64,000 nt of DNA, from NCBI GenBank assembly GCA_964497235.1, contig CAZCCJ010000007.1, forward strand, positions 16,503-80,502, given 5' to 3'. The notes below the pieces were generated by a model, which ran no database searches, was not told the DNA's origin, and saw only the letters and a program-made list of their open reading frames with translations. Source of the DNA: an uncultured Staphylococcaceae bacterium (GTDB lineage Bacteria; Bacillota_I; Bacilli_A; RFN20; CAG-826). This document shows positions 45,990-59,206 of the stretch, piece after piece (position 1 is the first letter of the stretch; each line of letters begins with the position of its first letter). A program made the position numbers and the translations under genes.

Positions 45990-46217
45990 ATGACTGATTT
46001 GGGTTTACGTGCCATTGCCGCCGCGATCTGCGTGGCATTCGGCTGTTTGTCGGCTATCGGCGAGGCTCTCATCTGCTCCCGCGCCCTTGAAGGGATGTCG
46101 AGGAATCCGGAGATGGCCGATAAGCTCCGCTCGAACATGATCGTCGCCGTCGCCCTCGACGAATCGACGGCCATCTACACGCTCATCGTCGCGATCTTGA
46201 TCATCTTCGTCATGTAA
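45990..46217 (+). CDS. atpE: F0F1 ATP synthase subunit c
   Basis: 75-aa hairpin with loop RNPE and ion-site residues E25 and E58-S59-T60..Y63. SD GGAGG. Confidence 0.92.
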   Translation: MTDLGLRAIAAAICVAFGCLSAIGEALICSRALEGMSRNPEMADKLRSNMIVAVALDESTAIYTLIVAILIIFVM

Positions 46218-46224
46218 GGAAAAT

Positions 46225-46776
46225 ATGGATTCGATCTTTTTGACCTTAGACGGAACGGCCCCATTCTCGCAAGAGGATTTTTTGAACAAACTCTTCCCGA
46301 ACTTTTGGAGTTTCCTCATCAATTTCGTAGCGCTTATCGTTCTTTTCGTTGTTCTTTACTTCATTGCGTATAAACCGGTCAAGAAATATCTCGAGGCCAG
46401 GAAAAACCATATCGAGAAGAACATCAAGGATAGCGAAAGCGCCAAAGCAATATACGAAAGGAAGGCTTCTGAAAGCGAGGCTTTGATCGCCAAAGCCAAA
46501 GCCGAAGGCGCCTCGATAATCGAGAAATCGCAAGCCGATGCCGTCAAAAACGCCGATTTGATAAAGAATGAGGCCAAAGAAGAGGCTTCGAGAATCAAGA
46601 AGCAAGCGGATGAAGACGTCAAAAACGCCGTCTCGAAGGCCAAAGCGTCTCTTCATGACGAAATCGTCAACATCGCATTGGATGCTTCGAAGGAAGTCTT
46701 ATCCGACTCAATCGACGAGAACGTCGAAAAGAAGCTTGTCGACGGCTTCGAGAAGTCAATCAACGAGGAAAAATGA
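46225..46776 (+). CDS. atpF: F0F1 ATP synthase subunit b
   Basis: N-terminal TM segment plus a long charged helix. Assigned by operon position. Confidence 0.88.
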   Translation: MDSIFLTLDGTAPFSQEDFLNKLFPNFWSFLINFVALIVLFVVLYFIAYKPVKKYLEARKNHIEKNIKDSESAKAIYERKASESEALIAKAKAEGASIIEKSQADAVKNADLIKNEAKEEASRIKKQADEDVKNAVSKAKASLHDEIVNIALDASKEVLSDSIDENVEKKLVDGFEKSINEEK

Positions 46777-47327
46777 TGGGGAAGAGCTCTTTATCATATG
46801 CCAAAGCGTTGTTTTTGCTCGATAAGGAAAACGGGAACGTCGCCCTCTCCAAAAAGGAGCTTGGCGAATTAAGCTCCTTCTTGTCGAGCCAAGAAGGGGA
46901 AGAGCTATCCTCTTTCCTCTCTTCTTTCGCTTTGCCGTATGAGAAGAAGCTTGAAGTCCTTTCCAAGGCCGTGCTTTCTTCCCTTTCTTCCAAGAACCTA
47001 ATAGCCTTTTTGAAACTCATCTTATCCAAAAACCTTTTCTCCGAATTGCCTCATATCGAGCGTGATTATCGGACGCTAGCAAACGAATATCTTGGCATCG
47101 ACGAAGGCGTCGTCTATAGCGTGCGTCCGTTGACGAAAGAGGAGATAACGAAGATAGAGAAATCGCTATCGAAGAAGCACGGATGCGCCGTTGAGTTAGA
47201 AAACAAGACGGATCCGAGGCTCATCGGCGGCGTGAAAGTCTATGTCGGAAACAAACTATACGATCAATCGATAGAAGGGAGAATCGAATCCCTTCGCGCC
47301 AAATTGCTTAAAGGAGGCAACCTATGA
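46773..47327 (+). CDS. atpH: F0F1 ATP synthase subunit delta (OSCP)
   Basis: 184 aa with [21 protein letters not shown] at the C-terminus. Assigned by operon position. Confidence 0.88.
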   Translation: MMGKSSLSYAKALFLLDKENGNVALSKKELGELSSFLSSQEGEELSSFLSSFALPYEKKLEVLSKAVLSSLSSKNLIAFLKLILSKNLFSELPHIERDYRTLANEYLGIDEGVVYSVRPLTKEEITKIEKSLSKKHGCAVELENKTDPRLIGGVKVYVGNKLYDQSIEGRIESLRAKLLKGGNL

Positions 47328-48828
47328 ACTTCAACGCATCGGAAATAAGTTCCTTGATCAAAGAACAGATCAAAGGATTCGAAGGGAAAATCGAGAATAG
47401 CGAAGTCGGAACCGTCGTTTCGGTGGGAGACGGCATCGCCTCGATTTATGGGCTTACCGGCGCAATGCTTGGCGAACTCCTTTTATTCCCTAACGACGTC
47501 TATGGCATGGTCATGAACCTAAATATGGACGACGTCGGCGCCGTTTTGCTTGAAAGCGATCAATCGATCAAAGAAGGCGACACCGTCAAAAGGACGGGCC
47601 AAGTCGTTCAGGTTCCGGTCGGAGACGCATTGCTAGGACGCGTCGTTTCGCCTTTGGGATTACCAATCGACGGCATGGGGCCAATCGAGACGAAGAAAAA
47701 GCGCCCAATCGAGAGAATAGCGCCAGGCGTCATGACGAGGAAAAGCGTCAATACCCCACTAGAAACCGGCATCAAAGCCATCGATAGCATGATCCCTATC
47801 GGTCGCGGTCAGCGTGAACTCATAATCGGAGACCGCCAAACCGGAAAAACCTCGATCGCTTTAGACACGATAATGAACCAGAAGGGGAAAGGGGTCAATT
47901 GCGTCTATGTCGCAATCGGGCAAAAGAACAGCTCCGTCGCGAATATCGTCGCCAAACTCAAGGAAAGAGGCTGCTTCGATTACGTGACTGTCGTCAATGC
48001 GAGCGCCTCAGAACCCGCCCCGCAGCAATATATCGCCCCTTTCAGCGGCATGGCCATGGCGGAAGAGTGGATGGAGCAAGGGAAAGACGTTTTGATCGTC
48101 TTCGACGACCTCTCTAAGCACGCCGTCGCCTATCGTGCCTTATCGCTTCTACTTCGCCGCGCACCAGGAAGAGAGGCATATCCCGGCGACATCTTCTATC
48201 TCCATAGCCGTTTGCTCGAAAGGGCTTGCAAACTATCGAAGGAATACGGCGGCGGCTCGATCACCGCTTTGCCGATAGTCGAGACCCAAAGCGGCGATAT
48301 CAGCGCTTATATTCCCACCAACATCATTTCCATCACCGATGGTCAGATATTCTTGATGGCCGATTCCTTCGCAAGCGGGCAACGTCCCGCCATCGATAGC
48401 GGCCTTTCCGTCTCCCGTGTCGGCTCAAGCGCCCAGATCAAGGCGATGAAGCAGGTTTCTAGCTCCTTAAAAATCGAACTCGCCAATTACCATGAGAACC
48501 TTAGCTTCGCCCAATTCGGAAGCGATTTGGATAACGAAACGAAGAAGATACTCACGCACGGCGCTATCGTGATGGAGGCTTTGAAACAAAAGAACTGGGC
48601 TCCTTTGTCGATGTGGGAGGAGATAATCGACCTCTTCGCCATCAAAGAGAGGTTCCTCGACGACCTCGATAAGAAGGAAGTCTTGCCGTTCCTTCATGAT
48701 TTATACGCTTACATATCGAGCTCCCATCATGAGCTTCTTTCCTCACTAAAAGAGAAGGGATCGTTCGATGAGGCGAGCAATAAGGCCTTGAAAGAGGCGA
48801 TTTCCGATTTCAAAGGAATGAGGTCATA

Positions 48829-48829
<1 letters not shown>
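47324..48829 (+). CDS. atpA: F0F1 ATP synthase subunit alpha
   Basis: GDRQTGKTS Walker A and overall alpha-subunit colinearity. Confidence 0.97.
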
Positions 48830-51469
<2,640 letters not shown>

Positions 51470-51483
51470 CTGGGTTTTGCAGG

Positions 51484-52299
51484 TTATTTTAGATATTCGT
51501 TGAGCTTTTCTACCGCTTCTTCCGAAGAATATAGATTGCCTTGATATCTTAGGAATCTCTTTTCACCGTTGATCGAGAAAAGCGTTTCTACCGCTTCGGC
51601 TTTATCTTCTTCGCTTAGGAATAAGGAGTCCAATATATAGAATTCCTTTCTGTTTTTCTTTAAAAAAGGCGTAACGCCATCTTGATAGAAGGATAAGGAA
51701 GACGCGTCATCACGGTCGAGATAGAACGATAAAGAGGAAGCGCGCTTATCGGCCATGAATGAATCAAGGCTGATATAGCGGCAAGCGTTATAAGCGCTAG
51801 CCCATGCGGACAAATTGCTTTTTATTTGGTTTTTGAGACCTTCCTTGTTCTTCTTGGTGCCATAAAGCACTTCACTCACTTTGTCTTTGCTTACGAGGTA
51901 CCAACTCGGCGTTCCTTTGCCGAAGTTTCCGCCATCCAAAGAGAAATGCTTCGCGATTTTATCCGCATCGCTTGGATTTAATCCCCAGGTCTCGATGCCC
52001 AATTCCGAATTCAATTCCTTGAAGGTCTCGAAAAGATCTTCGCAAGCGGAGCACCCGTCCTTCCATAGATATAGCGACAAAGATTCGCCGTTTTCTAACG
52101 CTGCGATGGCTTTACCGTAGTCGATATTCGTTAGCAACGAAGAATAATCGGCGGCATCCGCGTTTTGACGCGCTTCTCTAAAAACGACGAAATCTTTGCT
52201 CATATTCGGGGTTTCGCCGAAAGGAAATAGACTCTTCTCTCCGCAAGAGGAGAGAAGAAACAACGGGAACATCAACGAAACGAGGACTTTTTTTCGCAT
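51484..52299 (-). CDS. lipoprotein with a thioredoxin-like CxxC motif
   Basis: Lipobox LLSSC. WKDGCSACEDLF suggests a thioredoxin fold. Confidence 0.6.
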   Translation of the reverse strand: MRKKVLVSLMFPLFLLSSCGEKSLFPFGETPNMSKDFVVFREARQNADAADYSSLLTNIDYGKAIAALENGESLSLYLWKDGCSACEDLFETFKELNSELGIETWGLNPSDADKIAKHFSLDGGNFGKGTPSWYLVSKDKVSEVLYGTKKNKEGLKNQIKSNLSAWASAYNACRYISLDSFMADKRASSLSFYLDRDDASSLSFYQDGVTPFLKKNRKEFYILDSLFLSEEDKAEAVETLFSINGEKRFLRYQGNLYSSEEAVEKLNEYLK

Positions 52300-52444
52300 G
52301 CCTTATTTTCGCACATGTCGCACGGGAAAAGAAGAAGGCTACCCATTTCCAAAAGCAATGACAAACTGAAACATCGATCTAATGAAAAGACGTTTTTCTT
52401 TTCGGCCGACTTTGTGTCGTTTTCTTTCCGCTTATTTGTGTCTA

Positions 52445-52453
52445 TGATAGACT
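52445..52453 (+). promoter_or_regulatory. extended -10 box TGaTAGACT, 6 nt from ATG 52460
   Basis: tgatagact followed by agtcac and then the ATG of ppa. No SD. Confidence 0.5.
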
Positions 52454-52459
52454 AGTCAC

Positions 52460-52999
52460 ATGAATAAACACACGATTTGGCATAGCATCGCAAAGGAAAG
52501 AATTAAACCGGAAGCTTTCTTGGCTTGCATTGAGATAAGCGCCGGTTCCAAAAACAAATATGAACTCGATAAGGAGTCAGGTTCTTTGATACTCGATAGG
52601 ATATTGAGCACCTCGACGAGCTATCCGCATAACTATGGTTTCATACCGCGAACTCTTAGCGATGACGGCGACCCGCTGGATGTCCTTGTCATATGCAGCG
52701 AGCCGATTTTGCCCTTGTCCTTGACCCTCGCTTATCCGATCGGCGTCCTTTCGATGATCGATAATGGCAAGCGCGACACCAAGATAATCGCCGTGTGCGC
52801 GCATGATCCTTTATATTCGTCCTATCGCGACATCAGCGAGCTTCCGCCATACGTCGCTAAGGAAATCGCGCATTTCTTCCGCGTTTATAAAGATTTGGAG
52901 GAAGGCGCTTTGACGGAAGTCGGCGAAATGAAGGGCAGGAAAGAGGCGTTGGAGGCCATCAAGCATGATATTGAAGCCTATGAAAGGGCCTTCGAATAA
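52460..52999 (+). CDS. ppa: inorganic pyrophosphatase, family I
   Basis: [29 protein letters not shown] and a 179-aa length. Confidence 0.94.
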   Translation: MNKHTIWHSIAKERIKPEAFLACIEISAGSKNKYELDKESGSLILDRILSTSTSYPHNYGFIPRTLSDDGDPLDVLVICSEPILPLSLTLAYPIGVLSMIDNGKRDTKIIAVCAHDPLYSSYRDISELPPYVAKEIAHFFRVYKDLEEGALTEVGEMKGRKEALEAIKHDIEAYERAFE

Positions 53000-54749
53000 A
53001 GGCAAGAGAATCGCCTCTTACGTCGCGCTTGGATTCTCCATCCTTTTTGGCGTTTCGCTCATAACGTTCAGCTCTTTTCCCGGTGATCTAAGCGCCAAAC
53101 AAAGCAATTTCGTAAGCTATATCCTAAGCGGCGTGATAAATTCCGTCGCGACCCCTTCCTATCGCACGATGGTGGAGCCGACGGGGCTTAATCTTCTCTC
53201 CGATAGCAGCTTGCTAGAAAAGAAAGACGGCGTCTCGCAGATGGCGGAAGGGACGACGACGATGCTCGTTTTCGGCGTCGATTCGCCATTTTTAGGCAAA
53301 GACGAATACCTTAATCCGTCTTTCGTCTGCAATATCCCCGAAAAAGACGAAGGGAAAGTCCAGATATTCCTAAGCGAAAGCGGTTCCCGCAAGACCGTTT
53401 GGATCGAGACGCATAGCCTTGGCCATTACGATTTGGAGTTCGTCGCCGGGAAAGACAAAAAAGTCGATTATAGTTTCGACGTCATTCCTCTTCCAAAGCC
53501 CGATGACGCCTCATATAAGGATATTCCCGAGACTTTGAACGTCGGCGAATCCTACCGTTTCGATTTCGAAATGGAGGATCCGAAAGTCAAAAGCCACGAC
53601 AATTTCTATTATCACCGCTATTTCTCGCCTGAAATGACGTCTTTCGTAAGCGATGATACGAGCGTATGCCGCTTTGAGAAGAATGTTCTATACGCTTTGA
53701 AAGAAGGAAAAACGAATATCCATATAGGTTCCTTGACTTATCCCTTGACGATCGAAGCGAAAGGAGAGGACGTCACGATCGAAGACGGCTATGAACTAAC
53801 GAGATCCGGCTCATATTTAGCCAAGAACGATTGCGATTACTTCACCCCGACGGATGGCGTTTACTCCGGCGTGAAATTCGTTTCGCCATGCGATTCCTAT
53901 TTCTATATCGTCGACCAAGACGGCAAGAAGATTTCGGAGAGCGAATACAATCTGAACGCCAGAATCTGGCAAATAGACAGCAAGGCCGCATATGTGCTCG
54001 GCTATCGCGAAGCCAAAGAATTGTTCGTCAAAGCGGAATCGCGCTCCCTTGATTCCTCCTATAAACCTCATTCTTCCAAAATAGAGAAAGTCGAATATAA
54101 CGAGATACTTCCGATATCGATGGAACTGTCGATAAACGGCGAGAAAGCTTCGGATTCCGTGATGAGCGGAATGCAGGGGAAGACCTATTACATCAAAGGC
54201 GATTTCTTGGGCGAAGGGAATAATTCCAACGTCACGAACAAGAAACTACAGGTCCTCAATCTCGCCGAAAACGTCTATAGCGTGGCCGGACAAGGGACGG
54301 AAAGCCTTAGCATCACTTTCAAAAAAGAAGGCAATTACCAAATTGAAATCGCTAGCCTAGCCGATGATTCCTTAAGAAAGACGCTCGATTTCGAGGTCAC
54401 TTTGCGCCCCGTTGCCGATCCGACGGATTCTGATTTCCTGAGTTTCATAAGAAAGCTCATCGGGCATGGAACATTGTTCGCCCTCTATGCCATATCGACT
54501 TTCCTTTTCTTCTATTTATATAGCGATGAGAAGTGGGGGCTATTCGGTTTCCTTGCCTCATCCGTCGCCCTCGTTTTCTTGGCTTTCCTAACGGAAGGCA
54601 TCCAGTGCCTCGTCCCGGATAGGGATGGGAATTTGACGGATGTCGGGATCGATTCGCTAGGTGGATTCATCGGTATCGCGATCGTCTATTTGGTGGTTTT
54701 GGTCGTTCTTTTGATAAAGAAACTCAGGAAGAAGAACAAAAAAGACTAG
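52965..54749 (+). CDS. membrane protein with an extracellular beta-rich region and a C-terminal VanZ-like domain
   Basis: N-terminal TM segment. C-terminus [50 protein letters not shown] is VanZ-like. GGAGG lies 9 nt before ATG 52965. The gene overlaps the ppa 3' end. Confidence 0.7.
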   Translation: MILKPMKGPSNKGKRIASYVALGFSILFGVSLITFSSFPGDLSAKQSNFVSYILSGVINSVATPSYRTMVEPTGLNLLSDSSLLEKKDGVSQMAEGTTTMLVFGVDSPFLGKDEYLNPSFVCNIPEKDEGKVQIFLSESGSRKTVWIETHSLGHYDLEFVAGKDKKVDYSFDVIPLPKPDDASYKDIPETLNVGESYRFDFEMEDPKVKSHDNFYYHRYFSPEMTSFVSDDTSVCRFEKNVLYALKEGKTNIHIGSLTYPLTIEAKGEDVTIEDGYELTRSGSYLAKNDCDYFTPTDGVYSGVKFVSPCDSYFYIVDQDGKKISESEYNLNARIWQIDSKAAYVLGYREAKELFVKAESRSLDSSYKPHSSKIEKVEYNEILPISMELSINGEKASDSVMSGMQGKTYYIKGDFLGEGNNSNVTNKKLQVLNLAENVYSVAGQGTESLSITFKKEGNYQIEIASLADDSLRKTLDFEVTLRPVADPTDSDFLSFIRKLIGHGTLFALYAISTFLFFYLYSDEKWGLFGFLASSVALVFLAFLTEGIQCLVPDRDGNLTDVGIDSLGGFIGIAIVYLVVLVVLLIKKLRKKNKKD

Positions 54750-54752
54750 TCG

Positions 54753-56150
54753 TCATTCCGACATTTTGGTCGCGCTTTCGAGGAGTTTTTTCGTCTCATC
54801 GCTTATTTTTGTAACGCGAATCACCTTGTATTCCTTAAGAATCGCTTCGCCCAACGCTAGGCCTTTTCTGATGTCTTTCCTAAGCGCAACCATGACTTGA
54901 CCATCTTCCTTCTTCGCTTCATATATGGCGATTTCGGCTGCGGTTTTCTTTAATTTCTCGCTAGGCGAATCGCTTTTGATTATGACATGGGGGCCACGCG
55001 TTCCGAGGATATGGAACCAAAGATGGTTCTTTTGCGTCATAAGCAAGAACGTCAAGATATCGTTTTGCTTCGCGTTCTTGCCGAAAAGTATTTTTACGCC
55101 GTCTAGGGTCACTTGATAAGGCAACGACGAAGATCCGAATGGCTCAGCGCCTTTTTTCTTTTCCTTCCTCTTCTCGCCTAACATCTTTTCAAGCGCGAGC
55201 TCATCGGCGTTTTGGATTTGGAAAAGAGCGGCCTTGGCGTCCGATAATTCATTCTCTGCTTTCGCTAGGTTTTCTTGTCCTCTTTCGATCGTCTCCTTGG
55301 CTTTCTTCGCCCTCTTATAGTAACGTGAGGCGTTTTCCGAAAGCGAGATCGCCGGATTTAGCTCTATCCTCTCGCCTTCGTATGCGAAAGAAGAGGAGTT
55401 TCTATCTATCTCGCCCATGCACATGTATATGGCGTCGCCTTTCTCGTTGTCCTTTAAATGCTTTTTCGCCTCGTCGATGTCGTTTTGGATCGCTTTGATT
55501 TTCCTATCGGCCCTTTTCGCTTTGTTCTTCAAATCTTTCAAAATCGGCGCAAAACGCGCTTCTTTTCTTTTGCTTAGCAGTCTTTTTTCCTCTTCCTTCG
55601 CCATAAGGAGGTATTCGTCGATATTGAATTTGGCCTCTTTCTTCTTTTCGACGTTCTTTTTCTTTGGGGCTTCGTAGATGAGCCCTTTCATAAGCGGTCT
55701 ATCGCTTTCTAGCGAGGCGGCGCGATAGGCCAAAAGGATCTTTCCTTCGCCGTTTAGGAGCAATAGATTCGGCTTCGAAGGGAATAGCTCGATGATGAGG
55801 GTTCTTTTCTCTTCCTTATAGACTTTGTTGAGTATCGTCGTTTCGATGGTGATGATCCTGTCTTCTCCCAAGATATCCACCGAATCGACGTAAGGATTCG
55901 GAAATTCCTTCTTAAGTCCCTCAAAGAAAGGGGAGGAAGAGGAAGAGAAGGAAGCGTTCTCATCGTCGAAAGAGACGAACGGAGAGCCGTTTTCCAAAGA
56001 GATGACGAGCCTTTTCGCCCCTTTGCCTGAAAGATGAAAGAAAAGAGCCCGATCAAAAAGCAATGAAGGGGAGGAAAGGTGTTTGCCTTCGATTTCCCTT
56101 TTCAAGAACGGCAATAGCGATTTCAATTCTTCTTTGCTTAGGGCGCGCAT
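54753..56150 (-). CDS. rqcH: ribosome quality control factor RqcH (NFACT / FbpA family), short form
   Basis: NFACT-N-like N-terminus, coiled-coil middle region, and an NFACT-R/DUF814 motif WFHILGTRGPHVIIKSD. Confidence 0.8.
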   Translation of the reverse strand: MRALSKEELKSLLPFLKREIEGKHLSSPSLLFDRALFFHLSGKGAKRLVISLENGSPFVSFDDENASFSSSSSPFFEGLKKEFPNPYVDSVDILGEDRIITIETTILNKVYKEEKRTLIIELFPSKPNLLLLNGEGKILLAYRAASLESDRPLMKGLIYEAPKKKNVEKKKEAKFNIDEYLLMAKEEEKRLLSKRKEARFAPILKDLKNKAKRADRKIKAIQNDIDEAKKHLKDNEKGDAIYMCMGEIDRNSSSFAYEGERIELNPAISLSENASRYYKRAKKAKETIERGQENLAKAENELSDAKAALFQIQNADELALEKMLGEKRKEKKKGAEPFGSSSLPYQVTLDGVKILFGKNAKQNDILTFLLMTQKNHLWFHILGTRGPHVIIKSDSPSEKLKKTAAEIAIYEAKKEDGQVMVALRKDIRKGLALGEAILKEYKVIRVTKISDETKKLLESATKMSE

Positions 56151-56156
56151 AGAGAA

Positions 56157-56162
56157 AGTATA
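56157..56162 (-). promoter_or_regulatory. -10 box TATACT, 6 nt from ATG 56150
   Basis: Reverse complement of agtata. Spacer ttctct, no SD. Confidence 0.5.
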
Positions 56163-56280
56163 TCGTGAGTGGGCGATAAAATCCCTTTTTTCGTGTGCGG
56201 TAAAAAGAGAAAGGAAAACGCTTTCAAGGTTTTCACAATAACAAATGTTTTGAAAATGCCGATGAATGGCTTATTTTCGC

Positions 56281-56308
56281 TTGTCTAAAGAAAAATAATC
56301 TTTATAAT
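56281..56308 (+). promoter_or_regulatory. promoter TTGTCT-16-TATAAT, 6 nt from ATG 56315
   Basis: ttgtct at 56281-56286 and tataat at 56303-56308. Spacer ctaact, no SD. Confidence 0.65.
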
Positions 56309-56314
56309 CTAACT

Positions 56315-56887
56315 ATGCAGATGAAAAAAGGAAAGCTCTTTATCATCTCCGGTCCTTCCGGAGTCGGCAAAGGCTCCATTCGCCAAAAGGTCATGGAAAG
56401 AAATGACCTCAATCTCGTTTATAGCGTTTCGATGACGACGCGTTCCATCCGCCCTGGGGAGAAAGACGGCGTCGATTATTATTTCGTTTCCGACGATGAG
56501 TTCCAAAAGAACGTCGAAAACGGGAATTTCCTCGAATATAACCTTTTCGTCGGCCATAGCTATGGGACGCCGAAAGACAAAGTCGAGGCAATATTGTCCT
56601 CTGGCAAAAACGTCTTGCTTGAAATCGACGTCAATGGCGCGTCGAAAGTGATGGGGAAGCTTGGGAAGGAAGTCGTTTCGATTTTCATTTTGCCCCCATC
56701 CCTAGAAGAACTCGAAAAGAGAATCAGGGGAAGGATGACGGAGAAAGAGAAGGACATCGAAGGGCGTTTGGAACGGGCGAAACAGGAAATAAAGCTCAAA
56801 GGCCATTACGATTATTCAGTCGTGAACGATGATTTAGACAAAGCGTCAGCCGAAGTCGCTTCCATCATCGCGAAATCCATTGCCTGA
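56315..56887 (+). CDS. gmk: guanylate kinase
   Basis: ISGPSGVGKGS, TTRSIRPGEKDGVDYYF and YGT. Confidence 0.95.
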   Translation: MQMKKGKLFIISGPSGVGKGSIRQKVMERNDLNLVYSVSMTTRSIRPGEKDGVDYYFVSDDEFQKNVENGNFLEYNLFVGHSYGTPKDKVEAILSSGKNVLLEIDVNGASKVMGKLGKEVVSIFILPPSLEELEKRIRGRMTEKEKDIEGRLERAKQEIKLKGHYDYSVVNDDLDKASAEVASIIAKSIA

Positions 56888-56911
56888 CGTTTTTTGTGTT
56901 ATCTTAATAGA

Positions 56912-59113
56912 GTGAAGATAGTTGAAGTTTTAACCGAATACGGAACGATGTCCTTGAATCGGACGTTCACGTATCTTTACGGTGGGAAAAAGAAGATAGG
57001 CGAGCGTTTTCGCGTTCATATATCCTTTGGGCCGCAAAACGTCATCGGCTTCGTCGTTAAGATCATCGATAGCGAGAAGGACAAGGAGACGATAGAGAAG
57101 GAGAAGGGCTTCTCGATAAAGGTGCTTCGCGAAGAGGACATCATCGATGAAGAACCGCTTCTAAGCCCGTCTTTGTTGCTTCTCGCCCAAAAAGTCGCCG
57201 ATTACTATTTCGCCCCATTGATATCCGTCCTCCAAGCAATGTTACCGAAGACCCTTTCGCCTAGAAGCAGCGCCATGAAGGGGCCGAAGATCGCCTATGA
57301 GAAATGGGTGAGGCTACTAGATCCATCGGAAGAAGGGCTCACCGATAAGCAGATAGAACTTCTCCGTTTGGTGGCCTCTTCCGGGCCGATTCTCAAAAAA
57401 GAGGCCGGTTCTGCGTCGATTTTAGGAAAATTGCTCGAGAAAAAACGGGTCGAAGTGTATTTGGAAGAGAAAAGAAGGCTCGTCGTGCGGCCTGAGGAGA
57501 GAGAAGAAGCGCACGCTTTGACGTATGCGCAACAAGCCGCCTTCGATTATTTGCTCGCAAGTGAGAAGACCGTCAATCTACTCGAAGGGGTGACGGGAAG
57601 CGGCAAGACGGAGGTGTACCTCCATCTCGCCGACGCTATGTTGAAGAAAGGGAAAAACGTCCTGTTCCTCGTCCCGGAAATCAATTTGACGCCCGCCCTC
57701 ATGGATTATTGCCTAAGAAGGTTCGGCGATTCGGTCGCCATCCTCCATAGCGGTCTTACGCCAGGCGAAAGGTATGACGAATACCGAAGGATATCGGCGG
57801 GGAATGCGAAAGTGGTTGTCGGAGCGAGAAGCGCCGTCTTTGCCCCGTTATCGAATATTGGCTTAATCATCTTGGACGAAGAGCACGTCGAATCGTATAA
57901 ACAGGATAACTCCCCGTACTATCACGCCAGAGAAGTGGCGATAATGCGCGCCGAGATGGAGGGAGCCAAACTCATTTTGGGTAGCGCCACCCCAAGCTTG
58001 GAAACCAGAGCGCGCGCTCTAAAAGGAGTATACGGCTACGTCACGATGACGGAGAGGGTGAATGCCAAGCCTTTGCCGAAGGCCACGATCGTCGATTTGA
58101 CCAACCGCCATAACATCGGGCGCGAAAGCGAGAAGATATCCTTGCCATTACTAGCGAAGATAAAAGAAAAGCTCGACAAAAAAGAGCAGGTGCTGCTATT
58201 GCTTAACCGAAGAGGCTATTGGACGGGGATCGAGTGTCCGAAGTGCGGGCATCTTTTCGTTTGCCCAAGCTGCAGCGGCAATTTGACCTATCACAAACAA
58301 GACAACATGCTCAAATGCCATCATTGCGGCTATGTTTCGCGTTACCCCGAAGCCTGCCCGAAATGCGGAAACACGAGGCTAAGAAGAGTCGGCTATGGGA
58401 CGGAAAGGATAGTCAAAGAGATCCAAGATCTTTTCCCAAACGCGAGAGTGGCCAGGATGGATGGCGACGTCGGGAAGATATCGAGAGAAGTCGAGAAAAC
58501 GATCAGAGCTTTCAAAGATGGCGAATACGATGTCTTGGTCGGCACTCAGATGATCGCCAAGGGGCATGATTTCCCTCTTCTCACCCTTTCTTCCGTCGTC
58601 TTGGCCGATATCGGCTTATCTTTGCCGACATATCGCGCCGCCGAAAGGACCTTCGAGCTAATCGCTCAAGCAGTGGGTAGAAGCGGCCGAAGCGAGAAGG
58701 CAGGCGAAGCCATCATCCAGACATATAACCCAAATCATTACGCGATAGTCTATGGCGCGAAGCAAGATTACGCCTCTTTTTACGTCAAAGAGATGCAAGA
58801 GAGGAAGATATCGCAATATCCGCCATATGTGTATTTGCTCTTGCTTATCTTTTCCGGAACGAATGAGGCGAAAGTGGCCAAGGCCAGCTATGAGTTCAAA
58901 GAGGAAATCGCCGCGAAAAAGTTAGAGAATGTCTCTTTATTGGGCCCGATAGTGCCCTTTTACGCGATGGAAGGCGACAAATACCGGAGAATGCTTCTCG
59001 TCAAATTCAAGAAAAGGGAGATAATCGAGCCATATATCAAGGAGATGCTCCGCAAATACGGATCCTTCGGCGGGATAACGATTTCCGTCAACGTCGACCC
59101 GCTTGATTATTAG
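56912..59113 (+). CDS. priA: primosomal replication restart helicase PriA
   Basis: GVTGSGKTEVY, ILDEEH, and the Cys-rich zinc region CPKCGHLFVCPSCSGNLTYHK..CHHCGY..CPKCGN. GTG 56912 (VKIVEVL) is preferred over TTG 56894. Confidence 0.92.
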   Translation: MKIVEVLTEYGTMSLNRTFTYLYGGKKKIGERFRVHISFGPQNVIGFVVKIIDSEKDKETIEKEKGFSIKVLREEDIIDEEPLLSPSLLLLAQKVADYYFAPLISVLQAMLPKTLSPRSSAMKGPKIAYEKWVRLLDPSEEGLTDKQIELLRLVASSGPILKKEAGSASILGKLLEKKRVEVYLEEKRRLVVRPEEREEAHALTYAQQAAFDYLLASEKTVNLLEGVTGSGKTEVYLHLADAMLKKGKNVLFLVPEINLTPALMDYCLRRFGDSVAILHSGLTPGERYDEYRRISAGNAKVVVGARSAVFAPLSNIGLIILDEEHVESYKQDNSPYYHAREVAIMRAEMEGAKLILGSATPSLETRARALKGVYGYVTMTERVNAKPLPKATIVDLTNRHNIGRESEKISLPLLAKIKEKLDKKEQVLLLLNRRGYWTGIECPKCGHLFVCPSCSGNLTYHKQDNMLKCHHCGYVSRYPEACPKCGNTRLRRVGYGTERIVKEIQDLFPNARVARMDGDVGKISREVEKTIRAFKDGEYDVLVGTQMIAKGHDFPLLTLSSVVLADIGLSLPTYRAAERTFELIAQAVGRSGRSEKAGEAIIQTYNPNHYAIVYGAKQDYASFYVKEMQERKISQYPPYVYLLLLIFSGTNEAKVAKASYEFKEEIAAKKLENVSLLGPIVPFYAMEGDKYRRMLLVKFKKREIIEPYIKEMLRKYGSFGGITISVNVDPLDY

Positions 59114-59206
59114 CCATGTTTTTGGCGCATCTATTTGCTCTTCGAGGCTACTACTTTTCCCTTTATACCTGTGGTATACTTCTCTAACAAATAGGAAGAA
59201 GGAAAA

